In this document: positions 1 to 12,180 of the stretch, in pieces | How the letters are laid out: the number at the start of each line of letters is the position of its first letter | Position numbering within the stretch: the first letter of the stretch is position 1 | NCBI GenBank assembly: GCA_030390025.1 | Contig: CM059431.1 | Span: 113,896,001 to 113,956,000 of the forward strand | Direction: 5' to 3' | Source of the DNA: Squalus acanthias | Taxonomy: Eukaryota | Length of the DNA stretch: 60,000 nucleotides | Made by a program: the position numbers and the translations under genes | Notes under the pieces: model-generated | The model's database searches: none | What the model was told of the DNA's origin: nothing | The model's input: only the letters and a program-made list of their open reading frames with translations

Positions 1-440
1 ATTTCAACTAAACTTGGAAAAGGCAGGCTGATTGATCTGAACCAATTTGAATGTATCTGAATTGGATGGGACATGGAATTCCATTGACTATGCATTGCTA
101 CTTTAGTATGTATGGATTTTTAGGGATCATTGCTGTGTCTGTGCAAAGTATTGCAAATATTTTAGAACATTGCAGCACCTGGTTTGAGCTCTTATCCCTA
201 TCATTAAAGAATGCAGAGGCCCAGTACTTCTGGTTCATATTGCATGAACTCTCAACCCAGAGGGCCATGATTTCACATCACAGTTCTGACTGGCAGACAA
301 AGTCACCTGTTGTCGCTGGAGGAAATTTCATAATTTCTTATCTATGCTGCAATTGAGTTCTCAGTAGTATGGGAACAACAAACTGGTAGGATCAGCCCTG
401 CCCCAAGCAGATCATAAAGCAATATTGAAAGTGGTGAAAG

Positions 441-1385
441 AAAGAACAAGCTTGTATTTATATAGCACCTTTCATGTCCTCAGGATGTCCTAATATGCTT
501 CACATGAATTACACTTGAACTGTAGTCAGTGTTGTGCTGTAGGCAAACACAACAGACAATTACACAACAAGGTCACACAAACAGCAAATGAATAGTCAAG
601 TTTGGTCATGGTGGTTGGGAAAGAAATATTATTCAGGACAACTCTCTGTTCTATTTCAAATGTTGATATGGGATATTGTCCACCTGACAATCCAGGACTC
701 TGTTGAACATAAGAAGATAAGAAATAGGAGCAGGAGTAGGCCAATCGGCCCCTCGAGCCTGCTCCGCCATTCAATAAGATCATGGCTGATCTGATCCTAA
801 CCTCAAATCTAAAGAACACAAGAAGTAGGAGCCGGACCCGGCCACTCAGCCCCTGGGCCCACTCCGCCACCCACAGGGTCCTGACCGATCCGAACTCAGC
901 CTCATGTCCAATTTCCTGCCCGCTCACCGTAACCCCTAATTCCCTTTACCTCTAGGAAACTATCTATTTCTGTTTTAAATTTATTTAATGATGTAGCTTC
1001 CACAGCTTCCTGGGGCAGCAAATTCCACAGACCTACTACCCTCTGAGTGAAGAAGTTTCTCCTCATCTCAGTTTTGAAAGAGCAGCCCCTTATTCTAAGA
1101 TTATGCCCCCTAGTTCTAGTTTCACCCATCCTTGGGAACATCCTTACCGCATCCACCCGATCAAGCCCCTTCACAATCTTATATGTTTCAATAAGATCGC
1201 CTCTCATTCTTCTGAACTCCAATGAGTAGAGTCCCAATCTACTCAACCTCTGTTATCCAAAAGATGGCACTCCCTTTCATATTGATCTGAAGTATCAGTT
1301 TAAATTATGTAAAGTCCTGGAGTGAGGCTTAGCACCTATAACCTTCTGACTCAGAAATGAGAGCACTGTCAATTGAGCCTAGTTA
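441..1385 (-). mobile_element. L2-tailed tRNA-derived SINE (SacSINE1/Deu-like), split by a CR1 insertion at 705-1250
   Basis: Reverse of the ...GAAAGGTGCTATATAAATACAAG tail at 441-475. The body matches copies at 4929, 18114, 27022 and 49817. The head region (ACCTTCTGACTCAGA...TGAGCC) resumes after 1251. Confidence 0.8.
705..1250 (-). mobile_element. CR1 (HER1-like) LINE 3' fragment, ORF2 C-terminus plus duplicated 3' UTR
   Basis: ORF 902..1246 [21 protein letters not shown]...RRNFFTQRVV is the typical CR1 ORF2 end. TSD CTCTGTT at 698-704 and 1248-1254. Confidence 0.93.
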
Positions 1386-3254
1386 ACACTTGGGTGGTAC
1401 TGGAGAAGGTACATTTTAGACCACACCCTAACTCCCCCCTGTCCTCCAAACCTAGCAGCACATTGACACAAGCAGAAATGCAATGTTAGGAGGAAAAGTA
1501 TTCACCTAGAAAGAGGGGAAAAATAGGAGAAACATTTCTAGAAGCATGCGACTCCTGAAACAGTGAGCTACACAAGGATGAATGGCCAAACAACTCTGAA
1601 ATATCACAATATGACTGAGGTATGACTAGTGGTTCAAGTTAAAGACCAGCCAGATCTGCCTAGTGAGATTGTTTGGTATATTCAGCATCTTGTAGAACCA
1701 CAAAAAGCTATTGAAATTAATTTGGGAACAGTGCACCCTGTGCTAGGTTCTGTATTATTTGACTCCTGAAATATCTCTCTTATTTCTTTTAACACATTCA
1801 AATTATTGATCCTGAGGGCAGTGGAATTACAACTCATGCCTGTAAAATAATAAATGTACGCTATATATCAAAATGAAATTTCACCGTGCCGTCCTCCAAT
1901 TCTGCCTTAATGTGCAGCATGTAAATCTTTGTCGACAAAATCTGCACAAGTTCAGTACTACACTGCTTGGGAAGGGGAAATCATTTGAGAAATGATGCCT
2001 GATGTTTTTTGATGGTACTGAAAGATTGAGAGAAGAGGCAGGGGGCCTCACTGACCTGCCATCTTGTTTCTTGATTCAGTTACAGTTCATAAACCATGGC
2101 ACCGGCAAACCTTTAAACAATTGTCACTAATAAGCATATGTTAATTGTTGGGAAGATCACAAGCGGGTCGATTAGGAGGCGCAGACTGGAACAGAATGAA
2201 ACAGTGTGCTAGAGGGAAATTTTAAGGGGGCAGCTGGAATCTGTGATACAAAACACCACCAGGAGCTGAGCACCCTGGGAGAGCAGGCAGGAACGGCACA
2301 GGGATAAAAACACAGAGCAGCAAAGCAACATTACTATTGGGGGCGTTTGCTTTGAAATAACGAGGCGTCGGTGCTGAAGTAAACAACTTGTGTTCCTCAG
2401 CTATTTGCATGCCATCTACAGCTCCTTGCTTCAGCCGACTTTCAAAGAAAATTCCTTATAGCGTTACAAGCCTTCTCAGAAATTCTCTCATTTGTTTCTT
2501 CCATGGACATTGTATAGCGTAGATATTTGTCTGTGATCAGACTTTATGCCAGCAAAGTTGGTGTCAGGGAAAAGAAAAGCACAGGCTGAGAGTTCTGATT
2601 GGTAATATGAATGGGTCAAATGATTCTGGAATTTCTTTCCTTTTTGTAACTGATCAATCATGAGCAAGGTTAGTATTGATTAATCAATAATTTGATCTCT
2701 GCCCCTTTTACTTACTCTTCAAGATGCTTTTCATGATGTGTGGATTTTTCTGCAGTATCTCTGCACCCTGTATGTGATAGTAGCAGCATCATTTTCATGG
2801 GTAATGGCTATATTTCTTTACCCCGACCACCACCCGCCCCCCAACCCTGCCACCCACTCCCCGACATATTTGAAATAATCTTGCAGGAAAGCAGCAGAAA
2901 CAGCGGCCAGCATCTAAAATAGTGGCCGACCCGTAGAAATGCCTGACTCGAAGAAACCAGGGATGCAGCAAAGAATTGTCAGTTTGATGTTTGTTTTATT
3001 GAAGTGGTTGGCATGCTATTCACTGCTGGATACTTTGGGATGGTGAGGAGAAGAGGTCTGAGCTGACTCGATGCAGTCTTTATATATGTGTCTTCAAGAC
3101 CCACCACCATCTATTTTGTTTTTTTACTTGCAAGCAGCTAATTAGTAAAGAAGCCAGAACATCAGTGCTTGGGTGCTGTGTAGCTATGTGATGAATGATA
3201 CTGAGGATAGTGAAGGACAGGTCCATCATGATTGTTATAATAAGTAAAATGTTG

Positions 3255-3538
3255 ATAAGGTAAGATGAAGTAAGGCTCATGGGGAGCATGAGCACCAGCA
3301 TAGACCAATGTTCCCTCTAATTTTATTTTGGGTGCGCGGCCCCTTTAACGGGCTGTGCGGCCCATTCAAATTTCCGCATATGTGGAGTTTTTCTATTCAA
3401 AAGCCGGTGACCGGCCTGCGCGGAACCTATAGACCGCTTCGCGCGGCCACGCAGCTTAACGGGACTATTAATCTCAACCTGTTGGGCCGAATGGCCTGTT
3501 TCTGTGCTGCAAATACTATGTAATATTATGTAATATTT
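3255..3538 (+). mobile_element. CR1 3' tail fragment interrupted by a MITE
   Basis: GGCTCATGGGGAGCATGAGCACCAGCATAGAC...CTGTTGGGCCGAATGGCCTGTTTCTGTGCTG plus (TATGTAATAT)n; similar to the tail at 20350-20410. Confidence 0.75.
3306..3470. mobile_element. Short hAT-like MITE
   Basis: Imperfect TIRs CAATGTTCCCTCTAA / TTAACGGGACTATTA, CpG-rich interior, and 8 extra nt before the host CR1 resumes. Confidence 0.6.
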
Positions 3539-4640
3539 TGGCGATCTCGTCATTCAAGCTTTTAAAATATGTATCGCTTACATAAAACCAATCTAAAAAA
3601 AAACTGACAAACTCGATCTATCCACTGCCGTCTCTGATATCATTAAACAAGTGTTCAGTTGTGCAGCAGGCAGAACAAACAAGTCCACACAAGTGACAAA
3701 CAAATAATGAAAGGGGGATTGATTCCTCAAAGCGAAACTGGCACAATTGCAACTTCATTCATGCACTAAATCATCATTTCCTATCAAGTGCAGCATCCAA
3801 AAGAAAATGCCAAATTCTGTTTAAGTGAGTCACGCAGCATTGCTTTACTCCTAATTTGTGGGTCGGTGGGAGAAGCTGCCATGTCTGAAAGAAGGTTTTA
3901 AATAAATGTACTGGGGGAATTTGAGGCACCTTGATTTCAACTGTTACGTTCCCTTCACAAGTTCGCAACACTCGCACACACCAACTGCACTGGAAGCGAA
4001 GAAATATCCTAACCTTCCCTGGGAATTAGTTTGAATCTGTGCATGTTGCAAACTCACTTTTTGCTGGCACAAATAACCCTTGTGCCATTTCCCAAAGGAG
4101 TAAATCAGATGAGCAAATCAGACGCTCAGATCTTTAAAGAGCAAGCCAGAAATTCCTGTGTAATGAAGACCCTATGGTGGATATCAACAATGGCAATTAT
4201 CATGTGAGCACACTGCAGTTTTTCTCTGGTAAAAATCTTTTCAAGCGATTTCAAAGATGCCGTCTTGCACTCCAGAAATTCCCATTAACAGATTTTTTAA
4301 AGTATGCAGCCTGGCACATGAGCACACAAGGCAATCAGGCATTGGAATTTCAATGTTCCCACTTCCTCTTTTGAACCCGATGACTTAGACTGAGGTGCAG
4401 TTTCACAAGTGGGTGCTTGCTATTTAGTACTTCATCCAAGTCAGGTCCTGGACAGATGTTCTTCCTGTGCAAGATCATATGGCGTTATCAGACTGTTAGA
4501 ACCCTGGGGCATGGCGGTTGAGCCTGATCCTGTGCTTATCCAAGATTCGGGAACTGGAAAGGCAATCCAGTGTAGGGGGCGAGACAGGACAGCACTGATG
4601 AGAATCTGCTTACCCCAATTAAATGATGCCTCCTGCCAAC

Positions 4641-4820
4641 CATGATGTGGAGATGCCGGTGTTGGACTGGGGTGGACAAAAGTGAGAAGTCGCACAACAC
4701 CAGGTTATAGTCCAATAGTTTTATTTGACCTGACGAAGGAGCAGCAGCTCCGAAAGCTTGTGATTTCAAATAAAACTGTTAGACTATAACCTGGTGTTGT
4801 GCGACTTCTCACTTTTGTCC
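4641..4820. mobile_element. Penelope-like 3'-end fold-back mini-insertion (family 1)
   Basis: Matches the ends of the 40130-42344 element. Inverted arms at 4674-4728 and 4766-4820. TSD TCCTGCCAACCA at 4631-4642 and 4818-4829. Confidence 0.9.
4727..4762 (+). ncRNA. Minimal hammerhead ribozyme motif (PLE-associated)
   Basis: CUGACGA-A-GGAGC(AGCA)GCUCC-GAA-AGCU-U: conserved core, 5-bp stem II, palindromic stem III. Confidence 0.75.
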
Positions 4821-4928
4821 TGCCAACCAGGTAGAGAAGAGCTCTGACAAGGAAGAAGAAACCAATGTTCCTTCTGCTGGAAGAAGCTGAGAGCAAACTG
4901 GTCAAAATAAGAAAATTGGAATTTAGAA

Positions 4929-5316
4929 TAGAAAGAAAGAACGTGCATTTATATTTCACCTTTCATGACCTCAGGACATCCAAAAGCACTTTACAGCCAA
5001 TGAAGTACTTTTGAAGTGCAGTCACTGTTGTAATGCAGGAAACGTAACAGCCAATTTGCACACAGCAAGGCCCTACAAACAGCATCAAGATAATGACCAG
5101 ATAATCTGTTTTAGTGATGTTGGTTGAGGGATAAATATTGGCCAGGACACCAGAGAGAACTCCCCTGCACTTCTTCGAAATAGTGCCGTGGGATCTTTTA
5201 CGAGAGAGCAGATGGGGCCTCAGTTTAATGTCTCACTCCTCAAGTCTCTGGAGTGGGACTTGAACACACAACCTTGTGACTCCGAGCTGAGAGTGCTACC
5301 ACTGAGCCACAGCTGA
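4929..5316 (-). mobile_element. L2-tailed SINE (SacSINE1/Deu-like), near full length with internal deletion
   Basis: (GAAA)n tail, conserved body, and tRNA-like head (GGGACTTGAAC...CACTGAGCCA on the + strand). Confidence 0.85.
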
Positions 5317-5334
5317 ATAAGCAGTAAAAACTTA

Positions 5335-6149
5335 GGCTGCGAAATTTGGTTACGCCCCGTTTGTGAGCAGTAACCGAGTTAAGGCCGGGCATTTAGTGCC
5401 CAGTGCGGAAGTACTGCCCCCGCCGCTACATTCGGCTTACCGCCCCGCACAGGAAGTGAACCCCAATCTCGGGCGCTCCACTTCCTGGTAGGGCGGTAAC
5501 CGAGGCGATGTCGGGACGCGATCGGCAGAGGCTCCGTGGAGTGCTGCCGCGTTTCAACACCCCGCCCCTTCAGTTAAAGGGGAGGGCCATTGCGCACTCT
5601 GCAGGGCCTCCGATGGCCCACACTAGGCCACCAGGGTGGCGTGGTGCCGCGGCTGCAGCCCGGCACCGAGATGCAGTGCCGGTCTGCGCAATGGCGGACA
5701 GGACCACGTCATGGCACACCACGGAGGGCCGACCTGGAGGTCGGCCAAGAGAAAGAAAATGGCGGCGCGGGTCGTCGCCGCACCTCCCCTTTAAGTACTG
5801 CTCCGTGAGTGGCGGTCGGCCCGGCTCGCGACCTGCGAGGCTGGCGCTGACATCGTCCACGGCAGCCTCGCGGGGTGCAGCGGAATTTCTGCCGTGCGGC
5901 GTAAGGGGCCACGGCGGAGCGCTAAGGGGTTGCGGTGCACGGAGATGATGTCATCGCCGGAGGCGCTGCCTCCCAGGGCGAAACTGGCAGGGTTGCGACG
6001 CTATTAGGTAGTGCCTCAGCAACGCCACGCCGAATTTCTCAGGAGGAGCTTTTTTCGCCCCCCCCCTCCCCCAGCGATAAGCCCTCTTGCCCCATTAGCG
6101 CCCCCTGGAGGCACTAACGGCTGACGCAAAGGGGCCGAATTTCTAGCCC
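5335..6149. mobile_element. GC-rich PIF/Harbinger-type MITE
   Basis: Imperfect TIRs GGCTGCGAAATTTGG / CCGAATTTCTAGCCC and TTA TSD. The right arm resembles the left ends of 19057 and 50752. Confidence 0.8.
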
Positions 6150-7304
6150 TTACTATCACAGTATAGAGTAGGCACCTTGGAAATAATGGTTAAGCTTATA
6201 TCCAAACTCAGTTGCAATAACCTGTACTGATACCTAGAATTTATGAACAGAAGGCAGGATTGGAAAATGAACAGACAAGCAGTAACATATTTTATGAAAC
6301 GCTGTATATTTGTATTATTTATCTACCGGCAAGAAGTACAAATAGATGTTGCAGCTTAGATCTTTCACTCATCACCGCCCACCCCCCTGCCCCCCAGAAC
6401 TCTGAAACCTGCCACTCAGTCTCCTGTGGTGTGTCTTCCTGTCTCCAAGTCATTCGACCACCTGCTGCCACGATTGTCATCTACTGCATAGCCCGGGGGC
6501 TCCAATGATAACAGCATTGATTCCTATGTACATCTAATTACGTCTCATAATCTACTCATTTCACAATAGTGCAGTGAAACATCTGTCACATCATAGACTC
6601 TTAACACCACCATCAAAACACACATAACAGCCAAATATCTGATTTTACACTGCTCGCTTTCCTTTGCTATCAGAAGCTGAATTTGAGTACTTAGTAAATC
6701 ATCCACTCTGCGCTGGTAAATACAATTCAAATGAAAACCATGGCACTAAAGAGTTGGCATCCTTCCCATTTTCATTCATCAGCAATAGAAGGCTCTTTTT
6801 GTTGTCTTTCCCCTAAAAGACCTGCGCAGTCTTGAACAGCCCTCTCGTCTTTCTGAGAGCCAGAATAGCTTCTTCTTACACCAAGCTACCGATTATGAAT
6901 CTCTTCTTGGAGTATATAGTCTTTGTTAAATAATAATAGATTTGTTTCACTGGTTTCATGATATTTTTTCAAACAATGAGCAGTAGATTTTTTTTTACAG
7001 CTTTTTAACCTACAGAGTGGATCTCTGACAAAACTTTAACAAAGGAAATCTGCTATTGAGGCAGAAACTACCTTTACACTGCAGCCCTATCGAGAGTACA
7101 TTCAGTTCAAATCAGAATGGTTCTCAATGAATGCAGGCTCCCTGCTCACTGCTGTCCTTAACCAGTTAAAGCACCTTGTGTTATTAAAGGGGCACACAGT
7201 ACTGGTCAAATGATTGTGATTCCCTTATACCAGGTGTTTGTAAACTGGGATGCACAGTAATGTGATTGATGACAACATCGTATCACCACTTATTTGAAAC
7301 AAAT

Positions 7305-7465
7305 TCTTTTAAAGCCTACCTCTTTGACCAAGCTTTTGGTCATCTGCCCTAATATCTCCTTATGTGGCTTGGTGTCAAGCTGCGTTTGATAACGCTCCTG
7401 TGAAGTGCCTTTGGGACATTTTACTATGTTAAAGGCGCTGTATAAATGCAATTTGTTGTTGTTGT
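7305..7465 (+). mobile_element. L2 LINE 3' tail
   Basis: CCTACCTCTTTGACCAAGCTTTTGGTCATCTGCCCTAA...AAAGGCGCTGTATAAATGCAA(TTG)n. Confidence 0.85.
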
Positions 7466-7660
7466 AAAACAGAAAGGAAATGACTGAAAATGCGAGAAAT
7501 CTGAAATGAAAACAGAAAATGCTGGAAATTAAACATCAGTCAGTCAACAACTATAAAACAAAAATACAGGTATGGGCCTTTCGGGTGCCCAAAACATCAT
7601 AATCTGTCTTTTTGCTTTATAGAGGGCAATCTACTGTGTATTTGGGTTTACTTTTCAAAC
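7466..7660. mobile_element. Degraded Penelope family-2 3'-end fold-back remnant
   Basis: GAAATCTGAAATGAAAACAGAAAATGCTGGAAAT matches 35605-35638; the return arm is weak. Confidence 0.45.
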
Positions 7661-8924
7661 TCATTCAAAAAAATTAACGCTGTTGAATGAAAACCAAACC
7701 ATAAAAATTCACCCTGCGCCGTGCTTTGCTTGTATTTGATTCTAAAGCAGTGCTGAACCAACAGTGTCTAACTCAGAGCTGCTTACAGCACCTTCAGAGC
7801 AGGTATTGCTTTTTAAAAATGCCTCCAGTATGACTGCAGTTTTGGATTGTAAGGACAATGTATGGGGTGGTGGGGATGCGGTGGGGTTGTTTTCCCCGCA
7901 GACACCAGCAAGAAGATTCACATTACGTGCTTATGCCAACCTGGTGGAAATGCCCAATTTCATCAGCAAAACAAAATTGTAACATCAAGATTTTTATTTT
8001 TTTTTTAATTTGATGTTATGCTGAGAATAAATAACTGCAATTACTGTGAGAAGTACAAAAAATGGATGGAGCTTAATGGTTAATGGATTGTAAATAAACC
8101 CGTGCCTATTTACTGGGTTAAAATTGGCTACTCTTATTTTAAAGTCTCCATTTTATGCCCAAAATTTGCAGTAGGTAAAGAAGGAAAAGGCTTGGTGACT
8201 ATAAGTTTTAAAACTAGCATATTCAGCGCAATCAATTGGAAACAGTAATGTCTCTTTAGCTTCTCATGTATGAGACCACTTGAAGTTAAATTAATAAGCC
8301 AATATAATTAGTACTCACTGGAGGATGTGACATGAATTTTCTCCTCTGCACGTCACTATTACTCTGTCAGTGGGTTCATTGGAAATGCCCCTGCTTATGG
8401 CCCATTGGTGTCTGGCTGGTTTTCCCATGTGTACTGACACAGAGGGTGCCTTTATGGAGCTCATTAATAAATGAATAAAACCCACGTGGTCCAAAATTGG
8501 TGCCTAGTGCATCAATTTTCATCTTAAAATTGCCATTTGTTTTATTTCCTTGATGTAGTTAAGGTATTTATTTCAACATTGCAATTTTTCCCTTCTGTTC
8601 TCCGAGGTCATGGCAAAGATAATGAAATGAAGTCTACCATTAATGAAGCTTAAATAAGAGAGATTCTGTACAATCTCTGGTTGAAAATGCTGCAGGTTTC
8701 TTTTAAAATATTAATCATGATGAATCAAAATTATAGGGGAGACATGTGAGCGAGGATTTTATACCATGGTACTGGTCTGTGGACCCATAATGTAAAAAAT
8801 CATATACCTCTGATATATCTCTTCAGCCACAAATCTTTTTTTTTTAACCATGGTATATCTTTCCATTGTGGTATATGATTTTTATACTGTGATATTTATA
8901 GTGATATTCAAATTATAGCCATTA

Positions 8925-9340
8925 AATTGAGCTAATCCAAAACTCTGCTGCCCGTATCCTAACTCGTACCAAGTCTTGTTCACCTATCACCCCTGACCTA
9001 CATTGGCTCCCGATCCGACAACGCCTTAAAATTCTCATCCTTGTTTTCAAATCCCTCCATGGCCTTGCTCCTCCCTATCTCTGTAACCTCCTGCAGCCCT
9101 ACAACCCTCCGAGATATCTGAACTCCTCTAATTCTGGCCTCCCCGATTTTAATCGCTCCACCAGTGGAGACCGTGCCCTAAGCTGCCTAGACCTGAAGCT
9201 CTGGAATTCCCTCCCTAAACCTCTCCGCCTCTCAACCTCTCTCTCCTCCTTTAAGATGCTCCATAATGCCTATCTCTTTGACCAAGCTTTTCAGAACATT
9301 TTATTATGTTAAAGGCGCTATATAAATGCAAGTTGTTTTT
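8925..9340 (+). mobile_element. L2 LINE 3' fragment
   Basis: Collinear with 20720-21236 (IQNSAARVLTRTK...HWLP region) with deletions. Confidence 0.88.
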
Positions 9341-9679
9341 GCGTCGCTGAGCAGCATAAACCAGCTTGTGACTCCCCCACGCACCAGGTGTAGAGTCAGG
9401 TTTATGATATAATTTCAAATGTTGTGTGGACTACATGGGGACCTCTCATCTGTCTGAAGGTACACCAACAAAATCAAATCAGAAGCATCACTGTGTTGTC
9501 ATTTGTAAAGAATCTAAAGAAGCAGGACCTACTCTACATATCTACCAAATTCTCCTTATACCTATTAACGTCTCATGGGAAGCATATTTGTTGAAAACAT
9601 TTTTTCCACCATTTCACCCATCTTTAGCTGAAGGACAATAACTGTTGCTAACATACGGAAATAAATAAATCGCATTTAT

Positions 9680-10030
9680 ACAGTTCTGTCGGTGCCAACA
9701 GCTCTCCAATACTTCACCCAAGTGCTCATTCCTCACGTGTGGGGATAACAGTGAGTGTTGGCAGGCTGTTTTAACATGGGAGCCATCAGAACCCATCCTA
9801 TTCCTGTCCTCACCTGATATCATACATCCACACTTTCAAGTACTGGATAACGATAAAGAGGCAGAACCTTGGATGATTTTTCCCCTCTCTAGTCCGGGAG
9901 CATGGAAGATAATTGTATGCATACTGGCTGCTCGCATGCTTCAGATCAGCCCACACCAAAGTTCAAATCTGGGACTTTCTGGTTTATGTGGTTTGTTAAT
10001 GAACCGAATGACACCTTCAGCTATGAAGCC
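9680..10030 (-). mobile_element. Ancient AmnSINE2-like SINE, degraded
   Basis: Reverse complement of the motifs at 16150 and 23255 (ACAGTGAGTGTTGGCAGGCT; CCTGTCCTCACCTG; GAACCTTGGATGATTTTTCCCCTC). Confidence 0.55.
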
Positions 10031-11234
10031 ATCTGACAAAGCTACTTATTTGGTTTAAGTATTATGAAGAATTGTTCTCTTTTAATAAATGAGCAGAAAA
10101 ATACCCTGTAACTGATACATATGATTGAATTATTCAATCTTGGTCCTAATGCAGGCATTGTTGGTTTCTATATTCAGAATATAACAGTGAAAACATAGGT
10201 TTGATATATTAAAGAGGTTTTTATTTTTAGTACCTTTTATTCTCCAGTTTCTCCAGCATTTATCTCTTTTCACAGGGCTCTCGACGACAGGCATCCTGCT
10301 TGGACAGCTTGGGCCCTGGACCTCTCCATAACTGGTGTCCGCACCTGTCCAATGTGAACAAGTCAGAGAGAGTGAGAAAGTTTTCTTTTTCTTCACAGTA
10401 GATGGAATCTTTTGGTCTAACATAGGATTCCAACCAGGGGCCTGAAATGTCAGCTCTTGAATCTCACTCAAAACAGGCAGACAAATTCAAGTGACAGTCA
10501 GCCATGTGACCCCGATCTTTGTGATGCAAATATTGCACAGTAGTCACTGCTTGCGCCATCACGTTGCACAAAGAGACTTTTTAAATTACCGGGCCCACAA
10601 TGTCCATATCATTTCCATAAATTCATCGAACTGGCTGCTTTAATTAAATGTAGGATAAAAGATAACTGGAGGTGAGATACATGGCTGTAGCTCAATCAAT
10701 CAGAAGACAGAAACACACATAAACTGTTTATGTATGTCAGCAGAAAGCTGAAATTGAATTACAGCCTTAATCTCATTGCTGGCTATTTGTTATTTTGTAT
10801 TGGGCTGAATCATATATACAGGTAATATGCTTTCTACTTTAACTGCTGCTCTGTAAGAGGTGTGCCAAGTGCTGTCAAAATGTTGTGACATACATGATAG
10901 GGCAATGAAACCAATAGTTACATAAGACCTGATTGTATGTGGTGTCGTGTAACAGAGTGTGCCTGCTCCACGTACATTTTGAATTTTTTCTAAACATCTG
11001 ATAACTGAGCTATTCAATTCATAGTAGAGACAATTATTATCGCAAGATTAACTGAAGCTTTTAAATGTGTGTAAAATACATTACTGTTATCTTTTGCTTA
11101 ATGGCTGTGTGCATTTAGATTTGTGTGTTAGGAGTAAAAAAAAGGACTTGTGCCAATAATTGCCCTTTATTACAGTGTTTGGTACTTTTAGGTAAAAGTG
11201 CTTCACCCGGAGCCCATGCGGGTCAGCGCTGATA

Positions 11235-12180
11235 AGGGTGTTAGGTGAGCAGGAATACGATATGGGCAGCAGAGTTTTGTATGAGCTGGAATTTACCAGG
11301 AAGAATGGAGGTTGGAAAGACGGCTAGGTGGGTATTGGAATAGTTGAGTTTGGAAGTGACAAAGGCGTGTATGAGCGTTTCAGCAACAGATTGTCTGAAG
11401 CAGGGGTGGAGGCAGGTAACGTTACAAAGGTGGAAGTAGGCACTTTTGTAACATAGAGAATATGGGGCCTGAAGCTCAGCTTGGGAGAAACTAGGATGCT
11501 GAAATTGCGAACATTCTGGTTCAGCCTGAGACAGTGTCAAGTGTGTGGGGGGGGGGGGGGGGGGTGGCCGTGTAGTCGGTGGGGAGCCTACAGAGTTTGT
11601 GCTAGGGGCCGAAGAAAATGGCTTTGGTCTTCCCAATGTTTGGTTGGAAGAAATTGCAGATCACCATGAATGTCGGGCAGCCGGTTTAACAGCACAGAGA
11701 CAGTGGAGGGGCCAAGTGAGGTGGCGGTGAGGTAGAGCTAGGTGTCATCAGCAAACGAGTGGAATTAGACACTAGGTCAGTGGATTATATCAATATGGGG
11801 GAGCATGTTAGATGAGGAGGTGGAAGGGTCCAAGGATGGATCCTGATGGGACTTCGGTTGTGGAAGAGAAACCATTAGCAGTGATATTTTGGCTATGTTC
11901 AGATAAGTAATAATGGAACTAAGTGAGGGTAATTCCCCCTAGCTGGATAACGAAGGAGATGCATTTGAGGATAATGGTGTCGTCAACCATGTCAAAGGCG
12001 GCAAAGAGGATGAGGAGGGACAATGCACCACAGTCAAAGTACAGAGAATAATGCTTCATGACTCTGTTTCGGTCTGATTCGGTGATGTGGGAGGGGTAGA
12101 AACCAAAATGGAGGGATTCAAACAAGGAGTTGTGGGAGTGATCGGCACAGATGTAGGAAGCGACAACATGGACAAGGACT
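11235..12180 (-). mobile_element. Degraded L2 LINE ORF2 fragment (RT C-terminal region)
   Basis: ORFs with AETLIHAFVTSKLNYSN and AAFDMVDDTIIL. Confidence 0.85.

Noticed and set aside
814..905. ADAR/APOBEC hyper-editing of the inner CR1 tail
   Set aside because: Substitutions are of mixed types, not a single directional class.
5335..6149. GC-rich ORFs / CpG-island promoter of a host gene (also 50752-51537)
   Set aside because: Bounded by TIRs and TSDs and related to other copies; the overlapping ORFs are a by-product of high GC.
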